NCBI GenBank assembly: GCA_964016885.1
Contig: OZ024742.1
Span: forward strand, 48,732,001 to 48,796,000
Source of the DNA: Eledone cirrhosa
Taxonomy: Eukaryota
Length of the DNA stretch: 64,000 bases
Reading direction: 5' to 3'
The position numbers and the translations under genes were made by a program. Of this stretch, positions 25,991-39,615 are shown piece by piece; the first letter of the stretch is position 1; every line of letters begins with the position of its first letter. The notes below the pieces were generated by a model. The model did no database searches and was not told the DNA's origin. It saw only the letters and a program-made list of their open reading frames with translations.

Positions 25991-26559
25991 TATAATGTAT
26001 CAGCAATAATAATATAAATGAGAATATAGTTTCTTCATCCCGACTTGTCGGACATTTTACTTTGTTATTGGCTATACTTTGTGAAATATGTTGTTGTAAT
26101 TGCTGTTGTTAATAACATTATTTGTGTTATAAAAGTAGAGTGACCACACTGAGAAGTTGTTGTTGCTCTCACTGGCATCCTATTTTATATAATTATTTAT
26201 ATTTTTTTTTTGTTGTGGTTGTTGTTGATAATGGTTATGACGATGATGACGATGATGATTATGATGATGATGATTATGATGATGATGATTATGATGATGA
26301 AGATGATGATGCTGATGATAGCGATGCGTATGCTGATAAAGTTTTTTTCTTTTCCGAATTCCTTTTATAAACCAGCCCAACAGATCAATAGCCGTCATCT
26401 GTATATAAACTCTGGCACCACCTCTTCACTCTGTCTAGTGAACCGATCGCAAATATTTTGATAAGGCGATTCTGTTCGGTGAGAAAAATAAAATAACACA
26501 TTTTGTTTATTTGTATCTGTTTCTTCAGGTTACACTACGCCAAACTATAACACACACAG

Positions 26560-26633
<74 letters not shown>

Positions 26634-26663
26634 CGAAATAAAGAGTGAAAAAGGGAAGACATA

Positions 26664-26714
<51 letters not shown>

Positions 26715-26715
<1 letters not shown>

Positions 26716-26859
26716 AGAAGAAGAAGAAGAAGAAGAAGAAGAAGAAGAAGAAGAAGAAGAAGATTTGCGTTGTGAGATTTATAAGCTATTTAGTGTAGCC
26801 TTCAAAAACATTCGAAAAAGAGGACAGTACACAATTAGCATAAGTGTAACATCCTTAGT

Positions 26860-26930
<71 letters not shown>

Positions 26931-27405
26931 GGGAGAGGGAGAGGGAGAGAGAGAGTCATATCTGGGAAAAGCAAAGAAGATAAGAAAAAAATCTTTACTT
27001 CAGTTTCATTGACAAAATAACGATACTCCGTGTAGCGTATTGCGAGAAATCTTAACTCATCAGGAGACTTTCTCAGTCAAGAAAGCAAAATCAAGACAGA
27101 AAATGTCTTCATTGATCGCTGTCAGTTAAAATTTGAAAGTGAAGAACTACCACGTGATATGCGATCAACAGCAGGGTAGTAAGGTGAACATTGTTATGTT
27201 GCGTGTTACTACAAAACGTAGTTCCAATCGAACTACAGAGGCCGAAAAAGTGGCAAGTGCCATCCATGGAGAATCGAAGTATATCACAAATACCCTGCAA
27301 GGATGTTACACTTATGCTAATTGTGCTCTTTTTCAAATGTTTTTGAAGGCTACACTAAATACCTTATAAAACTCACAACGCAAATCTTCTTCTTCTTCTT
27401 CTTCT
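26715..27405. mobile_element. Fold-back retroelement tail ending in (GAA)n/(TTC)n, with nested inserts
   Basis: Arms at 26760-26856 and 27299-27390. Confidence 0.75.
26992..27067 (-). ncRNA. Type I hammerhead with intact core and imperfect stems
   Basis: Minus strand: tctc-CTGATGA-gttaaga...tgtcaat-GAAA-ctgaag-TA-aaga. Confidence 0.55.
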
Positions 27406-27620
27406 CCTTCGCCCATTTACTCCTAGAAGGGTCGCAGGAGCAGAGTCATGAGACACGCCTTCCAGAAGTTCCTATCAATAGCAACCGTTTCAAATTGAAC
27501 CAGCTGGATTCCCGCCGATACAATCCTACATATCCATGAAACCTGATTGAAGGTGGTTGTCAGAACAAATACACCAAGAAACGGTGCTCTACACTCAAAC
27601 AACACTGGCTTTCTGCCGTT
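27390..27620 (-). mobile_element. RTE-like LINE 3' end with (GAA)n tail
   Basis: Peptide LVQFETVAIDRNFWKACL resembles the RTE C-terminal A.DR..W motif. Confidence 0.5.
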
Positions 27621-29521
27621 TAAATATACAAAAATATATATTAAATATATCATATAATATACGACCACAATATCAAAAGATATGTCATCTTTATTCTAAT
27701 CTGCACGGAATTATTTTGGTTATTATTCTAGTTCCACTGAATTAGTCGGATTATGTAGTTTGTTTGAAAGATTTAAGTACATTTTGAGATATTAGAAGTT
27801 AAGTTGTAGTTAAGAGAAATGTACAGAGTATTATATGATGATAATGAAACATTACTTATGATACCGGATTAAAGAATTGTCAATTAAAACTTGAAATGAC
27901 TTCACGCAAGCTCAAATATTAAATTCAGCAGATGCTAACTGTCATATACAATTATGTGGTATTATCGCAGAAAAAAGACACATACATACATGCATGCATT
28001 CAGACATACAAGCAAACAAACATACATGTATAGCACACACACACACACACACACACACGCAAACACACAAACACACACACGCACACATATATATGTGTGT
28101 GTGTACGCACGTATATATACATTCATTTGAGGGGGGGGGCATGTTTATATATATGTATTTACATATAGAGAAAGAGAGATAAGGAGAAAGATAGATAGAC
28201 AAATAGGTATATAGATATATATATATATATGAGATAGAAAGGAAAGCGAATAGATAAATAGGGGACATTTTCTCCATTTAATAATATGAAGCCACAATAG
28301 TCAGTCATTATTAGATAAAATGAACTTCATGTCGAAATCCAAGTAAACTAGATTTCTGACATATGGAGGTGTGCAATCTCATGCAACAAACTAATTAGAC
28401 ATTATGAAAGTGTGTTAAGGACTGGTAACCGTGTTGATTCCATAATACCATCATTATACAAATATACTGACATTTCTATTGAATATTCACACTACGCTAT
28501 GGCTTTCATTTGTTTCAACATATCAAATCCATCATAGACACTTTGACACATTCATAACACTTTGAACACTAATTTTGCGATTTAGTTTCTTCAGAGATTT
28601 CCTTTTTTAACTATGTAATAAAACTACGATTTCAATTAAAAGGAGGAAACAATTCGTTTGAGCTTGTTTTGTTTCTCCTCTTAAATCCATTAAATTCCGA
28701 AGCATAACCGCTGTATAATGATTGAAACTAGTAAAAGAATAACAAATAAAATAAAATAACAACCAGAGAATTAAAGTTTGGCAATAGGTTATTTCTGGTT
28801 TGACTTTAATCACTCACTTTAATTTTTGACTGACAATAATCCGCTATGTTAGTCCAGGGATATAGCGGTCCCTCTATCTCAGGTCAAGTTCGATTGCACT
28901 CACACATCTTTCAACGATTGTTATCGTTTATAATGTATAATTATTATTGATAACACTTATTTCTAGCTTGAATTTAATCCATGTTTGACTTTAGACTTAA
29001 TGTTGCTCCAGGAACACAACGATGCGTCAATCTCAGACCAAGACCAGTTCTATACACTCATCATTCAACAATGGTTATCGTTTACCATTTATTATTATTA
29101 CATTTTTATTTGAATCTGGTTGTCGAGAGACCGAACGAACGTTGAATTATATTTTCACAGCAACATCATCATTATCAATTCAAGTAAACTTGCCATTTTG
29201 AAATGGAAAGCAGTATCTCTGTTATACAAAACATTTTATGCATTAGCTTTCCAGTCATAATATTCTACTTGTTACCATATAGTCCCCAGTCGTCGACTTA
29301 TAACAGTTGTAGAAAGTCATTATGTTTGTCGATCACATGAGTCTCAGAATGTTAGCCAACGCCTTGACGAAAAATCCTTCCAGCAGACTAAAACAATGAA
29401 TATAAAATATCGTATATTTCGAGGAATAAAATAAATATTGGCAACGATAGAAAACAGTCAACATCGAAGAATCCTACGTTGCAGCAGGACTATCTCATGA
29501 ATAATGATAGTTTCTTTTTTT

Positions 29522-29700
29522 AGGGAGGTGGATTCGCAGTGGTGGTAAGGCGTCGGACAAAATGATTTGTGGTAGTTAGGCCCTTCTATGTTTTAAGCTC
29601 AAATTCCACCGAGGTCAGCATTCTCTTCAAGTAGTGATGTAGATATAATCGAAATTTCCAATGCCCCCAAATTTCTGGGCTTGTACCAATGCTAAAAAGA
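29522..29700 (+). mobile_element. Decayed SINE
   Basis: ggaggtggattcgcag...gcgtcggacaaaatg...ctcaaattccaccgaggtca. Confidence 0.55.
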
Positions 29701-30214
29701 TTTGTTAATGTTACTTTTATGTTTACCGCATGCTGTCACTGCATTACCATGCAAAGATGTCAGTCTTCGATATGTGCAGTGAATAATAGTGATATCATCT
29801 GTGGTTTTGTGTGTATGTGATATTTCGTCGTACATAGATCACCTATAATTATGTGAATCGTTTCCGTTTTCATCATTCACATTCAGGATATCCCTATTTC
29901 CAAATCTTTGTGTTCATATTTCTCCATTTCTTTGATAATTATATTGTCATCTAAGGGAAATGATATGTCAATTAGAATCGATGCATTTCGGTACAATGTC
30001 TCGTTAATAGATAGTATTTTCTAGCTTTGTGTATATTGAAACATTCCAGAATATGATTTGGTTGTCACACTTTGACACATTTTCTGTGACATCTCTTTTT
30101 TTTTTCCATATTTCATTGAGTTGGTATAATTTCCACTGTAACCAAATACCTCAGTATCACGTCAGAGGATATATTCAATTTTAACTAAGCAGCCCTTAGC
30201 AAGGAAGCTGTCTG

Positions 30215-30497
30215 AGATGCTCGCAGAGTGACCAAAGATTGATGCGTGCACTCGACTAGTGTCCGAGAATTGCTGACTTGTGTAGTTATGTCAAACAGTT
30301 ATTATCGCGTACAGGGCGGATCTCTCTTGAATTCCTAAGTCATCCCTCGGTGGTCCTCGCTCTACTGGGGAATGTTATTGTCATTAATTTATTATTAATT
30401 GTTACCTGTAATCTTTTTTGCATGTTTTATGTAAACCCCTACTGCCCCTGTGTTTATATTGGCCTTTTTCTCGGCCCTCATGGCCAATAAAGAAATA
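30215..30497 (+). mobile_element. Tx1-family 3' fragment
   Basis: CPRIADLCSYVKQLLSRTGRISL matches ORF2 of 54862-60665. The 3' end ggccaataaagaa matches the family terminus. Confidence 0.7.
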
Positions 30498-30569
30498 ATA
30501 ATTATTATTGAGGGATTAAATTATCATGTTAAAATGTAATTCTTTCATAACATCAAATTAAAGGCACAG

Positions 30570-31120
30570 TCATGGTGTTGATCGTTGAGGATGATAACGG
30601 TGACGTCAATGATAATGATAACGGCGATGTTGCTAATGGTGACTTTGATGATGGTGATGTTAATGATGGTGATGTTGATGATGGTGATGTTGATGATGTT
30701 AATGATGATGATATTGATGAGGGTGATGTTGATGTTGGTAGTGATGTTGTGGATGCTGAGAAGTGAGCTCAGTGGAGATGACAAGGGTTAATGTTGTTAA
30801 TGACTGTGAAAGAAGTGGTGGTGTTGATGCTGCTGCTGTTATTGTCATTTTTATTGTTGGTGATGCTATTGATGACGATGACAACAACAGGTAGAGAGAC
30901 GACGACTGTGACGACGATAACCTTGAAAATGTAGATGATCATATTGAGGATGCTGCGGATGATCATGTTGATGGTGGTGATTATGATCATGTTGAAGATG
31001 ACGATGATGATGATGATGATGATAATAAAGATGATGATGATGCTAATGATAAATATGATGATGAGGAGGAAGTGGAGGATAACGATGATGATGATGTTAA
31101 TGATAATGTGTGAATGATGA
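30570..31120. repeat. Degenerate (GAT/GTT)n low-complexity tract
   Basis: Direct reading. Similar tracts lie at 26215-26330, 32510-32780, 34985-35280 and 48960-49460. Confidence 0.85.
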
Positions 31121-31899
31121 GTGGCTGAACATATTCTGATAAAACTCACTTGAAGCTGCACCTATTAACATCAGTGATTCCAATGCTAATTGGATATTTG
31201 AAGCAGATCCAAAAATAACAAATAGACACACACATGCACGCCCCCCCCCCCCCCCCAACCCACATCACACACACGCGTACACACGTGCACACACACACAC
31301 ACACACACATGCGCAGAATGGCGTACGCAGAACTACTCACATACAAACAAAATCATTCACACAAACACAATCAAACAATAAGAAGCCCTAACAGCAATAG
31401 TAACAACAACAACATCAAATGGCTGAGACACAAAGGCAAACCACGGCTACATTAAACGGCCATCTTTGATAATTTTATTAAAACCAGATACACCTCTCCC
31501 CCACAAAAAAAAAAAATATCAACAGAATTTGAAAAAAAAACACTAGTGGGGTGAACGGGTTTTCCATTATTCGACGTCATTATCATTGTTTTTATTGTTG
31601 TTGCTGCTATTTTGCTGTTGTAATTATTGCTGTTGTTGTTGCTGTTATTTTGCTGTTGTAATTATTGTTGTTGTTGTTGCTGTTATTTTATCGGGCTGTG
31701 TCCAGTACAAAATTTTGCCTTCCTTTCGAATTTCTTTTTTTTTTTCAATCATATCTGGTAACAACTTAGGAGGCGGCTTCACCACCACCATACCTCACAC
31801 GCCTTCCCACCACATATCACACACTTACCCACCATACACCAACCTAATTCCCAACACACACCACACACGTTTGCAGCATACACAGCCCTTCATCTCACC

Positions 31900-32420
31900 A
31901 AACACAACCACATTCCTTTCCACAATCACCATCCACTTCCCATCAACCATCACACTGCCTCCCACCACACACACCACTCCTACCACCACTACCACCTCCT
32001 TACGTCCACACACGCACAACCATCCTTCCCACCACACACAACACTCCTACCACCACTACCGCCCCCTTACGTTTACACACGCACAACCATCCTTCCCACC
32101 AAACACCACACACCTACCACCACTACCACCTCCTTACGTCCACACACGCACAACCATCCCTCCCACCAAAACACCACACACCTACCACCACTACCACCAC
32201 TTTACTTCTGCCCACACACTACTATCCTTCTCAATAAACACCACACCCCTTTCCACAACTACCACCCTACCGCACCACAATCCTCCCACCAAACGCAACA
32301 CTCCTACCGCCACCATCCTAGTTTCTACCACCCACCACAATCCCTTACACCAAATACCACACATCATCCAACATTTCCCACCACACTACCTCCTACAAAA
32401 CACCACTCCCATCAACACCA
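31900..32420. repeat. C/A-rich minisatellite with a ~67 bp unit
   Basis: taccaccactacc...ttacgt...cacacgcacaaccatcc begins at 31981, 32048, 32115 and 32183. Confidence 0.8.
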
Positions 32421-32779
32421 TCACCACTTTCAGCTGATTTCCACTTCAGCTATTAATATTGAAGAAATATTTGATCTAAAAATATCGCTGCAAAGATTTC
32501 AAATGTTTTGCCGATGTTGATGATATCTGTAATTATGAAGAATTGTTGTTGATAATATTCATAATGATGGTGATGATGATGTTAAATGTGTCGTTGATGG
32601 TTATATTGATGATGATGATGGGGGTTGATATTGTGGTGGTGACGGTAGGATAGTACTGCTACTATTGCTGATGAATGTGAAGATGTTGATAATTACGATA
32701 TTGATGGTGATAAGTGACGTTAACGACAACGATGACGGTGGTGGTGATGATGATGAATGTGGCGATAGTTTTGATGTGG

Positions 32780-33600
32780 ATGATACAAAAATGAAAACTA
32801 AAACCTAAGAGCCATGTTAAAGGAATAATAGTAAGGGATGCCATTGTTAAGAGGAAACGTTGTTTTCTGGAAAGGAAAACGAAAGAACAATTAAAGATTC
32901 TGTGGAAATATAATGAACGTGAAAGCACGCAGAAGTTAAATACAAGATAAAAGGTCCTGCCCTTGGGTATAGAAGAGTTAAACATATGATTGTCTGCAAA
33001 GTTAACTAAGTTAAAACTGTAGGAACAATGAATAAATCAGTACAGACAAAAACCATATCTTCAACATGGATTAGGAACAATATAGTTAAATATTAGTATC
33101 CGATAGGAGGGAGCGAATCCTGAAGTAGAAACACATAGGAAGCTCTGAAATTATATTTAGGCACGGGTATACGAATAAGGGCGTTGCGAAATAATCATTA
33201 TATTGATAATATAATGATTATTTTTCTTTAGGCTCCAGACGAATAATTATGATGGAACAGAAAAGTCAAGAAACTAGAACCAAGTTCTTGACTTGTACTT
33301 TAAGTTATCGTCCTCGAAAGGATAAACGGCAAAGTGGAACTCGATAGTCTTTGAACGCGGAACATAAGAAACCGGAACAAATAAATGTTGTACGACACGT
33401 TAAGGATTTTGCCAATCCACCGCTCGAAAGTAATTGATGAATAAATGTTAGAAACCAAGCCCGATGGATAAGCAGTGGTACATCGCATGTAGAGAGAACA
33501 TATTCCTGTATGGCTGACTCATGGTAAAACCACTGTGGTTTTGAAAGACCAAGTAGTCGACAATTACCTTCCAGCTTAGCTGGAATTGAAATAATATAAC
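32780..33600 (+). mobile_element. Decayed R4/Dong-like LINE fragment interrupted by a SINE
   Basis: IPVWLTHGKTTVVLKD..VDNY at 33503-33570 (start of RT) and an upstream KYKIK..LGIEELN-like peptide. Confidence 0.5.
33250..33426 (-). mobile_element. SINE
   Basis: Minus strand: gcggtggattggcaaaatcc...gttcaaa...actttgccgtttatcctttcgaggacgataa. Confidence 0.65.
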
Positions 33601-34499
33601 TATAAATAAAATAAACAAAGGGCAGATAATAATTAATGTTAAAGACCAAATTAAATGGAGCAAATAGTACATGAGCAATAAACACATGATATTAGTAATA
33701 AGGTAAGGTGCAGTGATACTGAAATGAAAGAGTAAAAAGCCTGAGAATCATAAGAGAAACACACGGAAATGGTTGAGAATTCATGGGGTATAACGCAACA
33801 ATAGTTATATCTACAGCGGTATTTTTTTCTGCCAGGGGAATGTAGGAAAGAAATATATAATGGAAAATGCTCACCTTACTGCTTTATATACTCATCTTAA
33901 AGGAGTGATAGAGAGCGATAGGCAGAGTAATCTACGGGATACAATTAACAAAAAGACGGCGGAAATCGCCTTACAACTCCATGAAATATGTCAACTTATA
34001 TTTTCTACACCTACTTGATATAAGTGAAACTGAACTACACTTTACAATACTATTCTTTGTTGATTAATTTCTCTTTTTTATAGGGAAATGTCCATATTTA
34101 CGAATTTCTCTAGTTGTATTTCTATTTCAAATCTTTCTTTCTATAATTGTTTATATTCCTTTTCTTTATTTGTGAAATATAACTTACGAGATAATTTACG
34201 CTTTTACTTTAACTTGGCCAGAAATACACCCTTATATTTATCCTTAAGAATTTCTGAATAAAGCATGGTATGTTACTTTTCTGTAATATTCTCTCCATGT
34301 TATGTTTTTGTTGCATTTGTTTTCTGTTTTGCTTATATTTTATAGTTTATAAGGACTGCTGTAGTAACATTAGAAGAGTCAAAATGAAACTGCAACTGTG
34401 AGGTAATAATTAGTTCCGACAAAACACTCTATTCTCTCTCCATCTCTCTATCTCACTATCACTCTCTTTCTCTCTTTGCGTCTGCCTTTCTCTCTTCCT

Positions 34500-34579
<80 letters not shown>

Positions 34580-34612
34580 ATGTGTGTGTGTGGGTGGGTG
34601 TGTATGTGTGTA

Positions 34613-34644
<32 letters not shown>

Positions 34645-34661
34645 TGTGTGTGTGGGTGGGT

Positions 34662-34726
<65 letters not shown>

Positions 34727-36148
34727 TGCGTGTGTATTAAAAACAATTAATTTGGGCAGGCATATGATTATATTGGTGTCGCAGTGGCTCTCTTGGATAT
34801 TTTCATACAGGTATCAAATAACAAATTTATAGCAGCGTGGGAAATAGTATGTGGTGACGTTCAGTCTTGTTCTACTCATGAATAATATAGCATGCAACCT
34901 GAGTATCTAAATCGAATCACAGAATCAGACCGCCAAAATGTATTATTAACAAACTACATTGCGATATTGCTGCAAATGTTGCTGCCGTGATAATAGTGAT
35001 GATGATGATGATGATGATGATAGTGGTGGTGGTGTCTGCGGCGTTGATTTTACTCATGGTCGCCAGGATAGTGTGGATTGGTGTGGTGGGGCTGTTGATG
35101 ATCTGGTTATTGCTGCTGATTTTAATGGTGGTGGTGGTGGTAGTGGTAGACGTAGTGAGAGCGCTGCGCTGGTGGTGGTGGTGGTGGTGGTGGCACTCAT
35201 GATTTCGGTAATTGCAGTTGTGGGGGGTCGTAGCAGTGACAGTGGTAGTGGTGGTGATGATAATAGCGGCGATGGTGGAGTCTTTGCTACTGAAGAAAGG
35301 AAACAATATTCTAATAAATATTTTAGTGGCCTTTGCAGTGATGAACTTGCTAATGTCCTTATGAGCTTCTTCAGAGGTAAAATAAAATAATAAATTTAAA
35401 AAGTCATATGTCAATGGAAACAGGATATTGGAATACCCAGTGGAATCTTATTATAAAAATGGTTGAGAAAAATATAAGACCGAAAAAAAGAAACAACTAC
35501 TAAATTAAGAAATCCTAAAATGGGTCTTATAATGAAGATGATCACATTCTGAAGTTGACTAACGTGATTGAATACCCCAGGTGCAGAATTAACTGCTAAT
35601 AGAATGTCAGATCAGAGAAAATATTACAAAAATGTCTTTTAGATGTTCGACAGCTTTCCTGTCTTGAACATTTGAAAATGCCAATGTCAAGCTGTGTGAA
35701 AAAAATGGTGAAAAAACTAAATAATATGCAGCAGGCTAAGCGAAAACATGGTTGCAATTGTTGTTGCTGTTATTATTATTATTATTATTATGTTTTTGTT
35801 ACTGCTGTTGTTGTTGAGTTACACAAAACATGGTAGACTTCGGCGGAGTAATTCCATTGTATGTTTACGAATTTTTAAAATATTTTTGTCTGAAAATTAT
35901 ATATTGTTTTGTGGCTAAATCCACCATATCCTTAGAGAGCTTATTGATATCCTCTGTCGGGATGCCTTATGGAATACGTTTGCGTTTCTGTTCACAAACA
36001 CGCCCCTCATTTTTTTTCTTTTGAATAGATATGGCGTATGAGAAAAATTCTCTAGACTTTAAGAATGAAAACATTGCCATCAAACATGATTTGTTTGACT
36101 ACTAGGTCATTTTGGAGCGACAACTATGTTCTCTACCCATTATATTAA

Positions 36149-36330
36149 AGGATGCGGATTGGCAGTATCGATAGAGTCGGACACTATGCTTTTCAGCATA
36201 GAGTTACGGTTTGAGTTCAAATCCCGCTGAGGTTAACTTTGCCTTTCATCCTTACGGGTTCGATAAAATAAATCACCAGTAATGCACTGGGGTAACTGCT
36301 GGCCATCTGCCAAAAGTAGAAGCAATTATA
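36149..36330 (+). mobile_element. tRNA-type SINE
   Basis: gcggattggcagtatcgatagagtcggac...gagttcaaatccc (B box)...gttaactttgcctttcatccttacgggttcgataaaata. Confidence 0.8.
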
Positions 36331-37700
36331 TTAAGGGAGAAGGTCAGTAAGATTCAAGATTTCTGGAATCCCACCAAAGTTGAATATCTGTTGGATACTG
36401 TTCTGCTTAATTATAGAGTGGAGCAACATTATTCCTCGAAGTGAAACGAACCCGGTGATCAAACCAGATAATATCCACAAGATCCTAGACGTCATTCACC
36501 TTCGGGGAGGAGTGAAGTTGCATGTTATAATTGAGGGCATCTCCGTAGGAAGATTGGCCATTGAAGAGATTTCTTCTTTCAGCAAAAGACAGAGAGCAAC
36601 CAGAGAACCTTGCTGCCGACACCATCGCCACAATAACAACACCTCTAGCGAAAAACAAGAGCGGCCCAAACTTCAGTAGCAGCAGCAATATCAACAAAGG
36701 TGAGTTAAAAACCAGCAAGAACAGCAAAAGCGCGAATACCAGCATCTGCATTAATTTCACCACCAACAATAACAGCAGAAGCACTACCATCCCCACCACC
36801 AATAGCAAAGACCAAAACAACAGATATTGTTAAAAACAACCACAGTGTCTCCCAATGAAACTCTTCCTCTCAGCCTCTCCTCTAAACACACACACATTCC
36901 CACCCATGTCGGAAACAGATTCTACAGACACCAGTACTTCCGCATCTAAAAGGGATGTTATGAAGGACACCAAATGCCAAAGAAACAAAAAAGAAAACAC
37001 AGAAAAAATACATCTTGCCTCTCACTAACGCACACTCCAGAAAACAGAAAATATATCCTCAACAAATATAAACACATCTACAACACCAATCCTAGCAATA
37101 CCGCAACCATCAAAACAATCACCGCTAGCACGACTATCACCCCGAATACTACCACAAACACAACTACCCACAAATGAAAACGCACCCAGCAACAACAACC
37201 AATCACAGACACCATACCTCGTGCTAGTGAAGAGGGACAACGAAAATATGACCATCATAGAAAGAAGTAAGGGTATTAAGAGAGGAGAAATGTTTGGCAC
37301 CAAAAGGTTGGAGGTGGTACAAACATTAATGTTGGAGCGTATCTTTCTTGAGACATACAAAGACATTTGAGTGAGCTAAACCTAAGATGTAGTAACCGAT
37401 ACTGTAAAGACCACCAGTGGGTTTTGAAAGCGGTTTCCAATGAACTCCAACCAGATATGGAGTTGGAAGCTGAAAGACAACCGCGATAGTAAGTAAGCTC
37501 TCTTTCATATTAACACTTTCTGACCAAGATTGCAATTCTAAGAGTAGCTTGAATAAAGGTAAATGAATTGTGGTCGTACTAGAAGCAGAGTCACTTGCTT
37601 AGCGACATTAGCTCACTAGCGATAGATGTCAAGTCTTAATAAAGTCTAGAATTTCCGACATGCATGCACTAACCGCCATTTTGGATCACTTTGAGATCTA
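36330..37700 (+). mobile_element. Decayed Tx1-family 5' part (ORF1 remnant plus start of APE)
   Basis: VIKPDNIHKILDVIHLRGGVKLHVIIEG aligns with MKPERIAQIPDRILLEDHGYINISVEG of ORF1 58638-60107. A T/N-rich region and a basic KKQKRKH patch follow. Confidence 0.65.
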
Positions 37701-37739
37701 TGCATCTCTTAGTCGTCCTTGAATAGGAAGCTAGGTGAC

Positions 37740-39170
37740 AGTGCTGGATTTCGAGCATCTTGTTAAATTTAAGTCACACGCTTTAATACATGGATGAGAG
37801 AATGCTATTAGATGTGCTCGAATGGAAAAGACACAGAGTAGCAATAAAGTCACAATTCGGATTTTGAGGGACCGTACAACGCGTGTGAGGCTCAAATTCC
37901 AATCAGATGTGTATAGTTTTCCAGCGGCACATTGCACAATTGTTATGGCTTAGGTCTCTTCTCTTTCCAGAGATCCAGGCCACCCGGCACACATGAATCG
38001 GCCAGAGAATACCTTTTATATTGTTGTTACGATCTCGGGCTGGATTTCATTTTGCCAAACAGCCTTGTCACATTTGAGCTCTTTAATTACTCTTGTGACT
38101 TCAGCCTCTGTGAGACTAGTTATCGCTCCCGGATGCACTTCATATACATCCGAAGATGCAGTTGTGATCGAGTTTCGGAGATCAGCAAAGTAATATCTTC
38201 ATCACACGTGGATGCATCTATCTGAAGGGAGTAGAACACTTCCCGCTTTCATGACAGTATGTTTGCGGCAGGGCTTTCTGTAACGAAGTCAGCGGATTGT
38301 CTTCCAAAATACTTTGTTTGCTGATCTGACGGCGAATTCCACCTTATCACCAAAGTCCACCCATGTCTTACCTCTGGAGGCTTTTATTGTCTCTGTTGCG
38401 ATTTTCGTGCTTGATTGTACCGCAAGTGCAAGAAGGAGGACATTTTTTTCCACGCCAAGCTTTGTAGGCCTCCTTCATTACTCGGATGGCATCGTTGACT
38501 TCTTTATTGAACCAAGGGGGTCTTCCTACAATGCGGCGTCACACCAAGCCGCTTTCGCCTCAATCTCCACTCTGTCTCAACGTCCTCAGTTTGCACACTA
38601 CATGTGAATGGAGTTCCACTCAAGCATGCCAAGAAGTTCAACAATCTCGGGGCTATGAGTGATGGAATGCAGCAGGTTGAATTATGCATGCATTGCAATA
38701 ATCAGCATTTAGTAATCAGAAGATTGTGGTAGGCGTAAAAACCAAACTCACTAACTTCAATTCATGGTCTTGAATCTTGTATAATAACCGAAAGAATACG
38801 ATCCAAAATTATGTGTGCAGAACATACAGAGATGTTGAATGTGTCGGCTCCTGATTCAATGGTTATTCGCTTATAATTTTCAATTAGGTCACGAACAGCA
38901 TCGACGTTTTTCACACACACTGACGTGGATGGCCCACCACTGCGGTGATCATATTCAGCCTCATCCCATCCACTTCTACAACGACTTATCCATTTATGAG
39001 TTGTTGCTCCAGATCCAGCCTAGATTTACCATGAATGTTACGTTTGTTTTGGCCTCAATATTGATGGACGCCTTGTGGCTCGGGTGGATGGTGATTTCAG
39101 ACTGACGGCGCCACGTTACAACGTGCATTTAGGCGATCATGCTAGAACATGTTATGGCAGGTTATTTTGA
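37740..39170 (-). mobile_element. Decayed RTE-clade LINE fragments, one segment inverted
   Basis: Minus strand: PWFNKEVNDAIRVMKEAYKAW...KTWVDFGDKVE...ANKVFWKTIR. Plus strand at 38595-38870: LHVNGVPLKHAKKFNNLG...ESCIITERIRSKI. Confidence 0.65.
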
Positions 39171-39271
39171 GAGCGTACATTGGCATTGAGGTCAAAATCA
39201 CTGCATATGATTTTTAGCTCTGTACTTTGTTTCAACGAACGTTTTCACTCCCCCTCCTATACACACACGCG

Positions 39272-39416
<145 letters not shown>

Positions 39417-39572
39417 GACTGTGAATAATATAAATATGCGGTGAGTGGACCGTAAACAATGAATTAAATCCAGATACTCAACATCATTCGAACCTATTGA
39501 TTATAAATTCGCATTGATCTTAAACCTCACTTTGCCAAACCTACAGTTATTTTCTCAACCTTTCTGAACTTA

Positions 39573-39610
<38 letters not shown>

Positions 39611-39615
<5 letters not shown>

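Noticed and set aside
31586-32437. 283 aa His/Thr/Pro-rich ORF
   Set aside because: It arises from a (GTT)n tract plus a C/A-rich 67 bp minisatellite that lacks stops by composition, and it starts at TTG.
30572-35414. Asp/Gly-rich or poly-Met/Ile ORFs resembling biomineralisation proteins
   Set aside because: Degenerate (GAT/GGT)n tracts that are open in several frames, with no signal peptide or splice support.
36149-36260. tRNA gene
   Set aside because: A/B-box-like motifs are present but there is no cloverleaf. It is the head of a dispersed SINE.
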